Translations under genes and position numbers: made by a program
Notes under the pieces: model-generated
Seen by the model: only the letters and a program-made list of their open reading frames with translations
Databases searched by the model: none
What the model was told of the DNA's origin: nothing
Assembly (NCBI RefSeq): GCF_037042905.1
Contig: NC_087259.1
Location: 2,294,001 to 2,358,000, forward strand
Reading direction: 5' to 3'
Length of the DNA stretch: 64,000 nt
Origin: Lytechinus pictus
Lineage: Eukaryota
Part shown: piece by piece, positions 51,683 to 63,980 of the stretch
Layout of the letters: every line of letters begins with the position of its first letter
How positions within the stretch are numbered: position 1 is the stretch's first letter

Positions 51683-52242
51683 CCCGGGGGGGCCACTTAC
51701 ATTGACGAGTGGATACCATGCGCGACCAAAAAAAACACGTAAAAAGGATGTCTTTTTCAAGATAGGGCACGTTACGTACGTAACGTGATAAGGGTGTCAA
51801 AAACACAAAAATAATGAAAAAAGGGTATCTATTTCGCTAGGAAAGTTACGTGTTTAGGGTCAAATTTGTGGGGATGATAAAACAAAATTAAAATGTTTTA
51901 TAAAGGATGTCCTTTTTGCCCCAACACTACGTGTTTAGAGTCCGATTTGCGCGAGGTGTGGAATGGGGTCGTACTAAACCAAAATAAAGGTAAAACCGAC
52001 GACCGAAGGACCCGTGACATAACAATAAAATATGGCTGTACTTGTTTAGGGGTTCATTTCAGGCCTTGCCAAGAGTATCGTTTTGTTTACAATACTTGTT
52101 AAGGGTACTCCGTCGGGTTTTGCACGCCAATACTTGTAAAGGGGTGCATTTTCAGTATATGGAAAATACGTGTTTAGGGTGCTTTTCGAGACCCCATGGT
52201 CGCGCATGGTATCCACTCGTGAATGGAAGTGGCCCCCCCGGG
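51683..52242. mobile_element. Complete MITE with CCCGGGGGGGCCACTT..GATACCATGCGCGACCA TIRs
   Basis: About 45-bp TIRs; perfect 8-bp TSD ATATTTAC. Confidence 0.88.
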
Positions 52243-52793
52243 ATATTTACATAGCAAAATTTTGATTGTGCCTATCAAAGGGGGGGGGGGGGGGGGGGAT
52301 ACCGTACTCATGCAAACTTCCCCTGATATATATATGGGATACCGTATATCCCCCATCCCGCGAGGTTCCCCATATTTTTTGTTATGATTTTCGTATGTTT
52401 GTTTGTTTTTTAGTTTTTTTTATAGTCACTGTTTTTTTTTTCCATCGACTGCATTGCACTATCTATCTCAGATAATTTTGTTAACGCTAAAATTCTTTTG
52501 TTATTTTTACACTTTGACGTCTGTAAGGAACAAAACATCGCGGAGATTGCACTTCACGTAAACACTTCTCTCTAGCTCTTGCGCCTAGCCTAGTTAGCCT
52601 AGCTCTGCATGCCTAGCGCTAGCCTAGCCTGGGAATGAAAATTATCTCTGTATCATATTCATAGACATAGTAATTAGTATCACGTCTCTGGCTGGGTTTT
52701 TTTCACCTTATTTTAACATTCTGGAAGATGTTATCTACTTCTTAGTGCTGAGGTCGGTTGGTTTAAGTAGTCAGTGAGGAACCAGAGCCAGAA

Positions 52794-52905
52794 ATGCCTC
52801 GAAAGAAGCCATTTAGTGGAAAACAGAAGAAACATCAGCTTCAGGAGAAGCGAGATCGCAAGCGGCCAGATGGACACCATCGGCCGCCGCACGGCCCCCA
52901 TGCAG
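52794..52905 (+). CDS. GNL1: GNL1 (guanine nucleotide-binding protein-like 1, Lsg1-related GTPase) coding exon 1
   Basis: MPRKKPFSGKQKKHQLQEKRDRKR vs human MPRKKPFSVKQKKKQLQDKRERKR; GT donor 52906, phase 1. Confidence 0.92.
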
Positions 52906-53080
52906 GTATGACAGATTCACGTTGGAATGCTGTTGACTGAGTAGTCTACGTGCTCAATGCAGCATTGCGCATGTATGACTATGAATGTTTTGCATGTCAT
53001 TTTTTATTGGGTTTGCATCATCATTCACAATTAACTTTTGTAACATACTTTGTGTCTGTGAAATTATGTGGCCAATTGTG

Positions 53081-53543
53081 GGAAAGAGTTCCATATGCAC
53101 CCCCCACCAAAAATAACAGTCAAAACTTAAGATTGTTGAGACTTCCGGTTCGTTCACTTCATCTTCAGATTTTTCTATCATTTTTTTACTGTTGCTTACC
53201 TTACTTAGTTGGGACTCGAACTCACCTCGGTTGATCTGCAGTCAAGACCTTTCCCGCTATGCTAGCGAGAAGCGCTGATACCGAAAGGGTATTTTTACGA
53301 TTATCAACCGATAGTTCGACCAGTCTTGACTCGCACACCCTTTACTGACTAAATAAACCGATGTCTATGGACAATTACACGCACAAGATCTCGCTCGAAA
53401 TTTGACGGAATAAAGCCATATTTTGGTATGTATTTCCACTTCCCCATCATATATGTTCGATATTAGGGCTAGATATATTTTTCTGAACCTTCTCCATGTT
53501 TTTATTTTCAATTTTAGTGGGGGGTGCATATGGAACTCTTACC
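53081..53543. mobile_element. Merlin-like MITE in GNL1 intron 1 carrying a tRNA-Cys-like segment
   Basis: About 30-bp TIRs GGAAAGAGTTCCATATGCACCCCCC / GGGGGGTGCATATGGAACTCTTACC; 8-bp TSD CAATTGTG. Confidence 0.82.
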
Positions 53544-54067
53544 CAATTGTGTTTTAAAGAGCCTTAAATTAATATATTTTTAAAATTTATTTTAGCCTTT
53601 ATTTTTAAAGTTTAGTAGAGTCTAGAGTAGACAGGAATAACTGTCGTTTCTAGGGATTTATTTAACAATTTCTGATATTTTATTATAATCCCCATTCACA
53701 GACGGTAGTAGACAGCTGGCAGCCGTCTGTTTCGAGGAGTTTAATACATTTTTATTTTTTAAATTTCTCCTCGTACACAGACGGCTCGCTATCGTGCAGC
53801 CACCATTAGGGGGTTAACAATGCAAAATCCCCCCAAAGGGGGCTCATCGATTTTTGTCTTTATTTCATAAAAATATATAAAAAGAACTGTACCAAAATAA
53901 AAATTATTATTCCATTGTGGCCTAGAATGCACCAAAACGGGGAAAAATAAACTTAGAATGGGAAAAAACAGTGACTTACTTCGGCTGTCGCGCAACTTCA
54001 CTTCCCTGTTTTATCCGAACTTAAATACATACACATATGGCCATTGAGTCCCCTGTACAGATCGCGC

Positions 54068-54147
54068 TAGAACTTCGGTCTCTGTGAGTGGAGCCAACGG
54101 AATTCAGCGGAACAACCAACATAACAGAGACCGAAGCTTTTGGTCTA
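54068..54147. mobile_element. 80-bp Academ-like mini element
   Basis: TAG..CTA termini, CTTCGGTCTCTG/CAGAGACCGAAG inverted pair, 3-bp TSD CGC; homologous to 58521..58582. Confidence 0.6.
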
Positions 54148-55159
54148 CGCCGGTAGTGTTAGCGCGAGCCTGCATGTGTAATCAGGTCCACCAATTCGGG
54201 CGACCGTGTTTTGTCTAGATTTTTTTTTTTTTATTCTAAATGACATTGCATTATCTTGAACGAAGGCCCACTATTTTCGTTAAACTCTAATGATCTTTCT
54301 ATTGATACTATACATATTCTGAGAAAAAATCAGAAAGAAAAATTACTGATGATTTATTCCTTATTTCTAAAACTTTTCTGCCGGAGAGGAAAAAATGGCA
54401 GCCGTGTATTGCTGCCCTCTACGTTCAACGAGTTGTGCTTTTATCAAGGCTTTCTGATTGAATTTTTGATATATCCTGGCCAATCGATGCGAGCGACAAG
54501 TTCCGAGCGCACGCACATCTACAAGCGCAAAGCAGCGGCACAAATCGCGATATATTTATTGATGATTTATCATAACTTAACCTCAAACACAATTAGACAA
54601 ATGACCTACCATTGTTAAGCTTAGAATCTCCTCTTTCATCTGAAATTACTTAGATTATTTCTCATTCACGCATGAGTGAGCAAAGAGGTTTTACAGGCTA
54701 GCGTTCAAACTCACTCGACACTCCGTTTTGTTGACGATCAGCCATGCATTAAGTCTTTTGTTAACCATGCGATAGCTTCTGTCGGAAACCGGTGAAAACA
54801 CGTTTATTACATGAAATTATGGAAATACAAGCATTGTTTCGAGGGAACATAACTTTTTTAATTCTTGACCATTTTTTGTGATTAAGGTATCAAATGAAAG
54901 AGCAGATATTGAACTTTTTGGCATGTGATTTTCTTTTTGAAATTCAGATACCCCCGCCAAATTAGTTTTTGGTATCCTTTCCTCAAATTGTTTTTGCTCA
55001 CTCATGCGTGAATGAGGAATAATCTAAGTTATATCATATTACCCTTGTATAAAAAATTTTTGATAGGGGGTCTACATTTTACAAGCTTTGCTTTGCTTTT
55101 TAGTAGGCCCCTCCACACATTTTCATTTCATTGCTACGTTTCAATCCTGCATGTGTAAT

Positions 55160-58100
55160 GGGCATTTTCACCACAGATGGACACAGAGGCAAAAAAATCA
55201 AGTTGATATTCATGTCAAATTTATGTTTGACATGAATATCATGTTTTTTAATAAAACAAGACCTGAAGTTTCTGAGACAAAACTTTTTCCGACTCTGGCA
55301 GCCATTTTTTATTATACAAATAATGCATGCAGCCGAGTGCGTTAGTGGAAATGCAGAGCACGCGAGGTTTCTTTAGATAGGAGTCGCACTGTGCACGAGC
55401 CGCTTGCGGCGAGTGCCCATTGTGCTCCATCTGAAGAAACCGAGCTTTCTCTGCATTTACTTTTACGCACGACAGAGCAAGTGCATTATTTGTTTTATAA
55501 AATAGCAACACAGAAACAATTTTTTTAAAAGTTACAGTACAGTTTTGTTGGACTTCTACCGCACTGGTTTGCTCGAGCGTGCAATGTCAATTTTCGTTGC
55601 ACACCTTTTGCACTACCATGCAGTGCACAAAAAAAGTTGGATGTCATGTGACGCGTATTGACCAATCGCGATGCTTGAAATAATACAGCTATTTTATAAT
55701 TCAAAATGGCTGCCAAAGTATGGATACAAATTAGTGTTGAAAATAGCATATTGTTACATATTTTGTTTTGACAGATTTTTAAAGAACAGGTTTGATCATG
55801 ATGTTTTTGCCTGTGATTTAGCTTGCTATTATAACACTTTTTAAAATCCCACAGAAAGAAACACCAGTAATTCATTCATCTGATAAAAAAACATTGATGA
55901 AGTATGTGATATGGTATGTAATGTCAGTTACCGAAAACATGAACTTTTTTTTCTCATTTCCTGGAAAAGAGGATATATTATATGAAACTTGGTAGATTTC
56001 CTCTCTAGGTAACACCCCTCCCTTCTACACCAAAATTAAAGATTACCAATTAACAATGAAGCCATAGGGTACCATTAAATATATGTAATGTCAGTTACCA
56101 AGTGGAGAATGTAATGTCAGTTACCGAGATGTAATGTCAGTTACCATGATAAAACGTTGGTTACCAATATTGAAATGCAAATATGTGGTCAATTTTATGG
56201 TGAAGAAATATTGTACACTTGTTATTTAAGTCTGTCACTTTAAAAGTCACACCAGAAGGAGCTTGCTATTGACTTTTAAAAGATATAGTTCACAAGGAAT
56301 ACTATATGAAATTATGAAGGAAGTTGCATTCCCATCGTGCAAAAAAAATTACTATGAAATTGTTTTGTACATGCACTTACCAAGTACTTAATTGTTTGTA
56401 TCAGACAATTTTTTGTTTGGTTTTCGGGGGGGGGGTAGGGGTACTTTTCCCAACCTATTGCCTAAATCTGCAACATTTTTAAGCTCAAAGAGAAATTCCA
56501 GTAGTTGCAGTAAACACTGATTTCATGAGAAAGTATGTAAAACAAGGCTTAATTGTCAGTATATCATCGAGGATCTACATCTGGTACAATTACATAAACT
56601 GAACTTCGTGAAATCTTGAAATCTACGCTGAAAAATGTTCAGGCTGAAGATCCCCAACACAGATAAGCGCACTTGGGACAGTGTATAATTATTGCTTTGA
56701 ATGTCGTGCCCGACGCTCTACCCGAATCCTGTGCTTATTTGCTGATTTCTCAGCAATTACACAATTTTTTCCAGAATCCTTTGGCACATACGTTTTATTT
56801 ATACAAACAGACACTTTGTGGTCATTTCATTGGATCCTGTACGAACTCATTTTGATATCGTTACCAAAAATAGCATTTACCTTTAACATTGTGATGAAGG
56901 GGATTTCCAGGGTCCCTTTTTTAGTTTCTAGGATTCTTTTGAGCATTGCCTCGCTAAAAGTAAATTTCTGGTTTTTATACCTGTTAGTAGTGTGGCAGGA
57001 CTGTAGTGTGGATGTGTGATACAATTTTGTTTTTGGTTTACAAGTATAGATGAAAAGTGAAATTTGACAGTTCGGATCAATGTTGCATGGATCTACTAAA
57101 ACTGTTTTTTTTTTGTAATTTACAAATAGTTCAGTTTCAGTTTAGAAGCTGGAGTTTATTTTTTGTTGACAGCTAAAAACGAAATTAGCAAAGAAAATGA
57201 TTAAACAAATTATGAAGAGAATTGAAATCGGACAGATATGAACAAGCATTGCTTGCACTGACCAGAATAGAAATCAATAAAATTACATGGCTGCATGAGA
57301 TTCGGGGGAGGGGTACGTGTAGCCTAGGGGAGGAGACCCTTATTCATTTTGCCTTTTTTGAGGGGAGGGGGAGGTTGGAGAAGGAAAAGGTTTAAAAAGT
57401 CAATATAAAACTGATGAATATATTATGGGTGTATAGTCAGAACAATCCTTGTGTACAGTCAATGCAATATTAGATTACTATAGGAAAACATGTAGCTGCT
57501 ATGACCCCACCCCCCCCCAAGTAAGTAAAACATAAAACATTTCTTATCTTTTGATAATTAAAAATGTGAAGTATTATGAAACTTTTATGATTTTAAAAAG
57601 CCTTACATTCAAGTACCAAGAAAATTATGCCTTTGAAAATTATATAGCACTGGTAATATGTTAATGTGTATTGTCAGTTACCGACAAGTAATGATAAAAA
57701 TGTTCAAATCAAAGAAAGGAATTAAGAAAAAGAAAAATTTTTTTCATTGAAATGTTCACATCAAGCTCACTTTCATGTGAAGCCCTGCACAGAAGATACA
57801 ATGCAATGATTCCACACATTTGACTTCCATGTGTTATCTCTATGGCAAATTAAGTGTAATGTCAGTTACCAGCATGGTTGTGGAAAAATTATCATAGCCC
57901 CCAAAAGACAAAAACGAATTGTTTAATATTTTGACACATCTTAACCTAGTAACGGAGGTATATTTACATATTCAAATTATTACTCTATCTATGAGATATT
58001 TCAATTTTAATGAACACCCTGAAATTGCATGTCCTTTTGCGTAATGTCAGTTACCGACACATTTTTGCTTGCTGATGCGTAAAAAAATGTGGTTACATAG

Positions 58101-58246
58101 GAAAACTTAGTATCAGAGTATAAAGCAAGGTTCACTTTATTAACTCTATCAAAAGCAAACTCCCATCATTTGTTGTTTTAGAGATACACACAATGAAAGG
58201 TGTGAAAACATTGTGCCGTGTAATGTCAGTTACCGTGAAAATGCCC
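55160..58246. mobile_element. Putative 3.1-kb non-autonomous DNA element with dispersed GTAATGTCAGTTACC motifs
   Basis: GGGCATTTTCAC / GTGAAAATGCCC inverted ends; 8 motif copies; no clear TSD. Confidence 0.45.
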
Positions 58247-58346
58247 TTATGCATTTTTTCATTGTTAAAATGATTTACGGTATTACGAAATGTACATTGT
58301 ACTTTGATGATTGTTGAATATGAATATATCAATAAATAAATAAATT

Positions 58347-58874
58347 TGAAAGGAATTAGCGGTAACTGCGGTCTGAGGTACAATATTTCTGAATTTTATA
58401 TATTTTTTCGTAAGTTTGGACGTAATTTCTTTTTTATAATGTGATCCGAAAATCGGGTTTCCGCCGAATGTTAGATCTAACGTTACTGCTAATACATTGT
58501 CTTTACGTACGGGCCAACAACTCTTCAGTCTATGCATTGGTGAGTGGAGCCAACGCAGTTCAGCGGAACAACCAAAATACAGAGACTGAAGCTTTTGGTC
58601 TAGGTCGAGTCTAGAGACTAGATTATATTCTAGTCTAGCCTCTCTAGACTTAGACCAAAAGCTTCAGTCTCTGTATTTTGGTTGCTCCGCTGAACTGCGT
58701 TGGCTCCACTCACCAATACATAGACTGAAGAGGTGGAAACCAAATTTTCAGATCGATTTTGTACATAATATGTCTCATTATGAAAAAGAAATTACATCCA
58801 ACTTGAGTTGACAAAAAATATATAAAATTCAGAAATATCGTACCTTTGACTGCAGTTACCGCTAGTTCCTTTCA
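58347..58874. repeat. Long inverted repeat with a CTAG-rich spacer
   Basis: Inner arms 58521..58602 and 58651..58732 near-identical; outer arms imperfect. Confidence 0.85.
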
Positions 58875-58930
58875 TATGATGATAAAAACTTAGTTATCAT
58901 CGATCCTTTCGTTGGTCATAGTAAGTTGGA

Positions 58931-59095
58931 GGCAGTGTAGCTCAGTTGGTTAGAGCGCATGTTTCGGATAAGATCGTAGATCTCAACGTGAGGGGTTCAA
59001 GTCCAGCTCATGCCGAAACGCGTCTAACAAAAAGTCTGATGATATAGGCGTAGCGTTGTGTGTTGAGTGAATTCTAGTAGTAGTAGTTGTAATAT
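58931..59095 (+). mobile_element. tRNA-derived SINE-like element or tRNA pseudogene
   Basis: A-box TAGCTCAGTTGG, B-box GGTTCAAGTCC, mismatched stems, (TAG)n tail. Confidence 0.6.
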
Positions 59096-59400
59096 TGTAT
59101 TTGTTTACAAACAAAACAAAAACACATGGCAGTCCAAAGGCTGAATTACAATGTACATGAAGTTAACATTGATAATGATTCAAATTGATTACACATTACA
59201 TTATCAGAGTTTAACAAAATTAGACACAATGATATATTGATAAAAAATAAGAGTGGCATAAAGAAAGAGAGTAGAGAGAAAGAAAAAAAGAGAGATGAAA
59301 GAGAGAGAGGAGATAGAGAGGATCAGAGGAAGATTTTAAAGGCGAATCATGGGATGCAGTGAACTGAAGGCTTTCCAGTCAACCTGTGCCTGCTACAGTA

Positions 59401-59879
59401 TACAACTTAGTAGCGAATAGGCATGAGTGCGATGGTGCGAGATTTCGCATGAGGTGAAAGAAAGATGCTCGATCTTTCTTTCACCGAATGCAAAATCTTG
59501 CACTATTGCACGAATAAGAATATTCGCTATTCGTGTTGTACAACGCCTCGGAATTTAGCGAAAATATGAAGAAAAAAACAAAGAGTTTTTCCCTGCAGTA
59601 ATCTAAGAAAAGGGAGTAAAATTAGTGGAAACCGAAAAGCAAAATCCCACAAGCGCACATGACCTTGGGCAGCATTGCGCATTTAGCCAGCAGGCTTATA
59701 TGAGTATTGTACGTTTATTTTACTGAGCGCAATGAATTAAATCGTATTGTGACATCATCTCCTAAAGCTGTGCAACGGTACATTTTGGATGGTACGTCTT
59801 GTATGCAACGGTACAAATGTTTGACATTCAGCCTCTCATTTGCTCGCGTACAACAAGCTATAAAGTAGGCGTTGTACAA
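59401..59879. mobile_element. Hairpin-bearing non-autonomous element (Crypton-like architecture)
   Basis: About 140-bp hairpin 59401..59540; distal end GGCGTTGTACAA complementary to internal TTGTACAACGCC. Confidence 0.5.
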
Positions 59880-60752
59880 TACAAACTTATTTTGCCATTT
59901 CTGATCTAAACAGAAATAGTTGCGACAGATCCGTCATATTTTACATTAATACAATAAAAAAAAGTTTTTGTATCCCAGGTAGGATTCCTGCCAATTTGAG
60001 TATTACCAGGAGTATTAGCTAATAAAGCTGGCCATTTTATAGACACAGCTTTAATATGCATGACTGGCCCGGTGACCATTTCTTGCTCCTAATAAGATCC
60101 CCAGATTTTCCTCTTTTTTACATATGTATGGAGTGTATTTCCCATATTAAACTTTAATCAAACTGATAATTTGATATGAAGATATTTTTATTTCATTCAA
60201 ATGCTCATTACAAATTGGAATATCTACAAATAATGAATATTAACTGTAACTTGTAGGAATATATTAATAAGACTCTGATCTACATGTAGCACCTAAGAAT
60301 AGATAGAAAACTTCACCAGTTGTTTATAGCAGCTGCATGTCTTGTATCATGCCCTCATCGAGGTTGCTGTATTGTAGTCAAAGAATCTATATGATTTCCC
60401 AGCCTTTGATGTTATCAATGATTACTTCTGCAAGATAAATCCTGACGGCGACAACAGAGACGACCAGTACTACCCATCCCACATCAGCAAAGCACCCTGC
60501 CGTTTGCGATTCACCGTGGGTGAGAAAAGACACCCAAGAACATCTTGTGTTGTTGGATGTTCTTCCTAGAACATCATCCACCCCTTTCATAGATTACATG
60601 GGGCCTAAGCCTTGGCTGATTCTCCCACAAATTTAGAAAGTAACCGTCTTAGCTTGCAAAGTACATTAATAGCTCATAGTATCGTGTGTATTTAATTACG
60701 AAATGAACAGAAGTAGATAAAATACCCCCATTCATTTTTTTCCTCTGTCTAG

Positions 60753-60906
60753 GGATGTCTCACAGGTCTCGACAGCAGTCTCAAGAACTTCTGAGCAGTG
60801 AGGATAGGAACTCAACCTCAGAGGGAGAGATGCCAGAGGTAAATGCACTGAACCAGCAACCAATGACACTAGGAATAGGAAAGGATAAACAGTATGATCC
60901 AAACAG
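60753..60906 (+). CDS. GNL1: GNL1 coding exon 2 (..TSEGE..LNQQP..YDPNR)
   Basis: AG/GT; LNQQP and YDPNR as in human GNL1; phases 1/2 fit. Confidence 0.9.
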
Positions 60907-60930
60907 GTACATGGCTGCCTTGCTTGTTCA

Positions 60931-61890
60931 TTTTTTGTCTCACCTGCATAGCAGAGTGAGACTATAGGTGCCGCTTTTCCGACGGCGGCGGCGGCGTCAA
61001 CACCAAATCTTAACCTGAGGTTAAGTTTTTGAAATGACAGCATAACTTAGAAAGTATATGGACCTAGTTCATGAAACTTGGCGATAAGGTTAATCAAGTA
61101 TTACTGAACATCCTGCCTGAGTTTCATGTCACATGACCAAGGTCAAAGGTCATTTAGGGTCAATGAACTTAGACCATGTTGGGGGAATCAACATCAAAAT
61201 CTTAACCTAAGGTTAAGTTTTTGAAATGTCATCATAACTTAGAAAATATATGGACCTAGTTCATGAAACTTATGCATAAGGTTAATCAAGTATCACTGAA
61301 CATCCTGCATGAGTTTCACATCACATGACCAAGGTCAAAGGTCATTTAGGGTCAATGAACTTTGGCCGAATTGGGGGTATCTGTTGAATTACCATCATAA
61401 CTTTGAAAGTTTATGGATCTGATTCATGAAACTTGGACATAATAGTAATCAAGTATTACTGAACATCCTGTGCAAGTTTCAGGTCACATGATCAAGGTCA
61501 AAGGTCATTTAGGGTCAATGAACTTTGGCCAAATTGGGGTATTTGTTGAATTACAGCCATAAATTTGAAAGTGTGTTGGTCTAGTTCATAAAACTTGGAC
61601 ATAATAGTAATCAAGTATCACTGAACATCCTGTGCGAGTTTCAGGTCACATGATCAAGTTCAAAGGTCATGTAAGGTCAAAGAACTTTGGCCACGTTGGG
61701 GGTATTTGTTGAATTGCCATCATATCTCTATAAGTGTATTGGTCTAGTTCATAAAACGTGGAAATAAGAGTAACCAAGTATCACTGAACATCTTGTGCGA
61801 GTTATAGTAGTTTTCAAAATCAGCACTGCTGCTATATTGAATCGCGTGATGCAGGTGAGACGGCCAGAGGCATTCCACTTGTTTTTTTTT
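60931..61890 (+). mobile_element. Helentron-associated non-autonomous element (HINE/DINE-1-like) with internal tandem repeats
   Basis: T-runs at both ends; subterminal IR GTCTCACCTGCAT (60937) / ATGCAGGTGAGAC (61849); 5' hairpin; (GGC)n; repeat units at 61041, 61233, 61396, 61558, 61721. Confidence 0.8.
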
Positions 61891-62761
61891 TGAAGGCTAG
61901 TAAATTGAGGAAAGTCTGACTTTTTCGTCAAAGTTTGAACATTGCACTTGTCCCCTTGAACTTCCGCAGGGCTCTTCCCCTAGACAAGGGCTTTCACTGA
62001 TACAAGAAAACTGCGGGGCTAAAGTACTCTTTGGACAAAAAAAAAATGTTAAATGGTACAAGGCAAACTTTTGCATCTACGATTTTTTTGCTAACCATGT
62101 CTTCTGGAGTTGGGTCAACAAAAATAATGTCCGTAGCTAGTTTAGAGTGTAATATATGCCCTGTAAATTTTGAATTCATTGCAGGGATTGTTTTTTTTTG
62201 TCGGGTTTTCCTTTTTTCAGAATACAATGATTTTGTTATTATTGCAGACCTTTGATTTGGGATCAAGATCCAGTTGGGCTATGTCTTTTAAAAGGAAGAG
62301 TGGGGGGGGGGGTGTCTAATCCAAATTGAGTGGGGTGAAGTCTGCTAATAGTAGCCTTTCCCTGAACCCCACTGGGTGATTTACCCCAGACCCCACACAT
62401 TTTTAGACATTTTGAAAGAGATCCTGCAGCATCCGTGCTATGTTGATCCGTGCTGTGGTAAAATGAAATGTTGTAATCCAGTGAACATGGACTGAGAATC
62501 AAGTGAATTAGTGTAACAAATGAACATTAAGAGAAGGTTCACATTGGCTGTAAAAAACACATTGATTCCTATCAAGTAGAGGTTCAAGGTCTACATGTAG
62601 GAGATAGAAACAAGTGTTTAACAGGAAATAAAAGTCATGAGGATCTCTATTTCAATCTTATTTGAGTGTGTTTCACGAGTTAAAATTCATATTTATGTAT
62701 ACAAATTAAAAGATCTTTGGATGAATTGTGAAGCAATAGCTTTATTATTTTCCCCTTGTAG

Positions 62762-62849
62762 ATTTCACCTGCACTTTCAAAAGGAATCAAAGTCAGAGTT
62801 AGCACAACGCAAGAAGCAAGCTATGCAACCGTATGAACCCCTGCCAGAG
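62762..62849 (+). CDS. GNL1: GNL1 coding exon 3 (RFHLHFQKESKSELAQRKKQAMQPYEPLPE)
   Basis: Matches human RYRLHFERDSREEVERRKRAA; AG/GT, phase 2/0. Confidence 0.88.
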
Positions 62850-63619
62850 GTAAATAAAATTATTACCTTATTATACTTACCTATATATTGGCAGGTTCAA
62901 AACTAAGATTAGATAATTGCATACAATTCAATTTATTTTTAGTACTTGAGCCTAATTGTACAATGTATTTGTAATGAAGTATACACTACATATATTTTTG
63001 TGTTTCACCACATTCAACTTATCTACGGTATTTTACTTGCTCACATACATTTAGAAAAATTAGAAATTTAGTTGCGATGATGGCCATGTGAATAAAAACA
63101 TGATTATTCTTGAAGCTGCCATGTATTGCATTGTCATTTGTCCCTCAGCTTAAAATCAAGGAGCTGATCTTTCAAGGTTCTATTAGATGATTTTTAATAA
63201 TTGACCCATTATGTACAGGTGATTAGCGTCATAACTGCAATGAAAGTATACCAAAATGGGTATTAATAGTAACAAGAAGGAGGTACATACAAGTAGTTCA
63301 GCTGTTTTGTAAAAGTATCCAAGTTGTGGACTTTGAGCACCTTTGTAGATTTTATATATTATTTTATTGAAGATTTAACAGTTTGGTGTACATACAGAGA
63401 GTTATTTATCATTACTTCGTTAGAAACTTGTTGTTTTCATCAGTTTTGCTTGTTTTACAATTTGAAAATAAAACAGTGGTGTTAAATCAGACTCCATGAG
63501 GGTGTATCATTCTTGTAAAGTATCTCTAAATCATGTGGAACAGAAATGAAAATGATTACATTGAAAGTATCTGTTAAGAAGAAGAGAAAATAGAGAAAAC
63601 TAATTTTTTTCATAAAAGT

Positions 63620-63716
63620 TGATTTAAATCAGTGATTTTTTAAAAAAAAATCAAGTGATTTAAATCGCGATTTAAATCATGATTTAAATCGACATGATTT
63701 AAATCAAACAACCCTG
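63620..63716. repeat. GATTTAAATC subterminal repeats ending in CAACCCTG (hAT-like end fragment)
   Basis: Five palindromic GATTTAAATC copies. Confidence 0.6.
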
Positions 63717-63980
63717 CCACCAATGTAAATTATGTCATGTTTTTGGTGGCCTGTAAAGCAAATTTGGTGGCCCTAAAGCAATAGAAAATATTACAATTTA
63801 TCAAAACTTTGGTTGCCTGACCGGGCCACCAAGTCTGGGCTTTTAATGAATTCTGGTGGCCAGACTCTCAATTTAGGTTGCCCCGGGCCACCGAGCCACT
63901 GCTAATGTCGAGCCCTGCTTAAACGTGACTTTAGGTCAGACTTACTTTTTGTGAAACAACCTCCTGGTTTTATGTTCCAG

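Noticed and set aside
55918-58234. CRISPR-like array from the repeated 15-mer (and the 41553 and 46141 repeats)
   Set aside because: Eukaryotic intronic context, irregular or self-similar spacers, repeats too short, no cas genes
58931-59015. Functional tRNA gene
   Set aside because: Acceptor and T stems mispaired, no clean anticodon arm, no oligo-T terminator; better read as a SINE head or pseudogene
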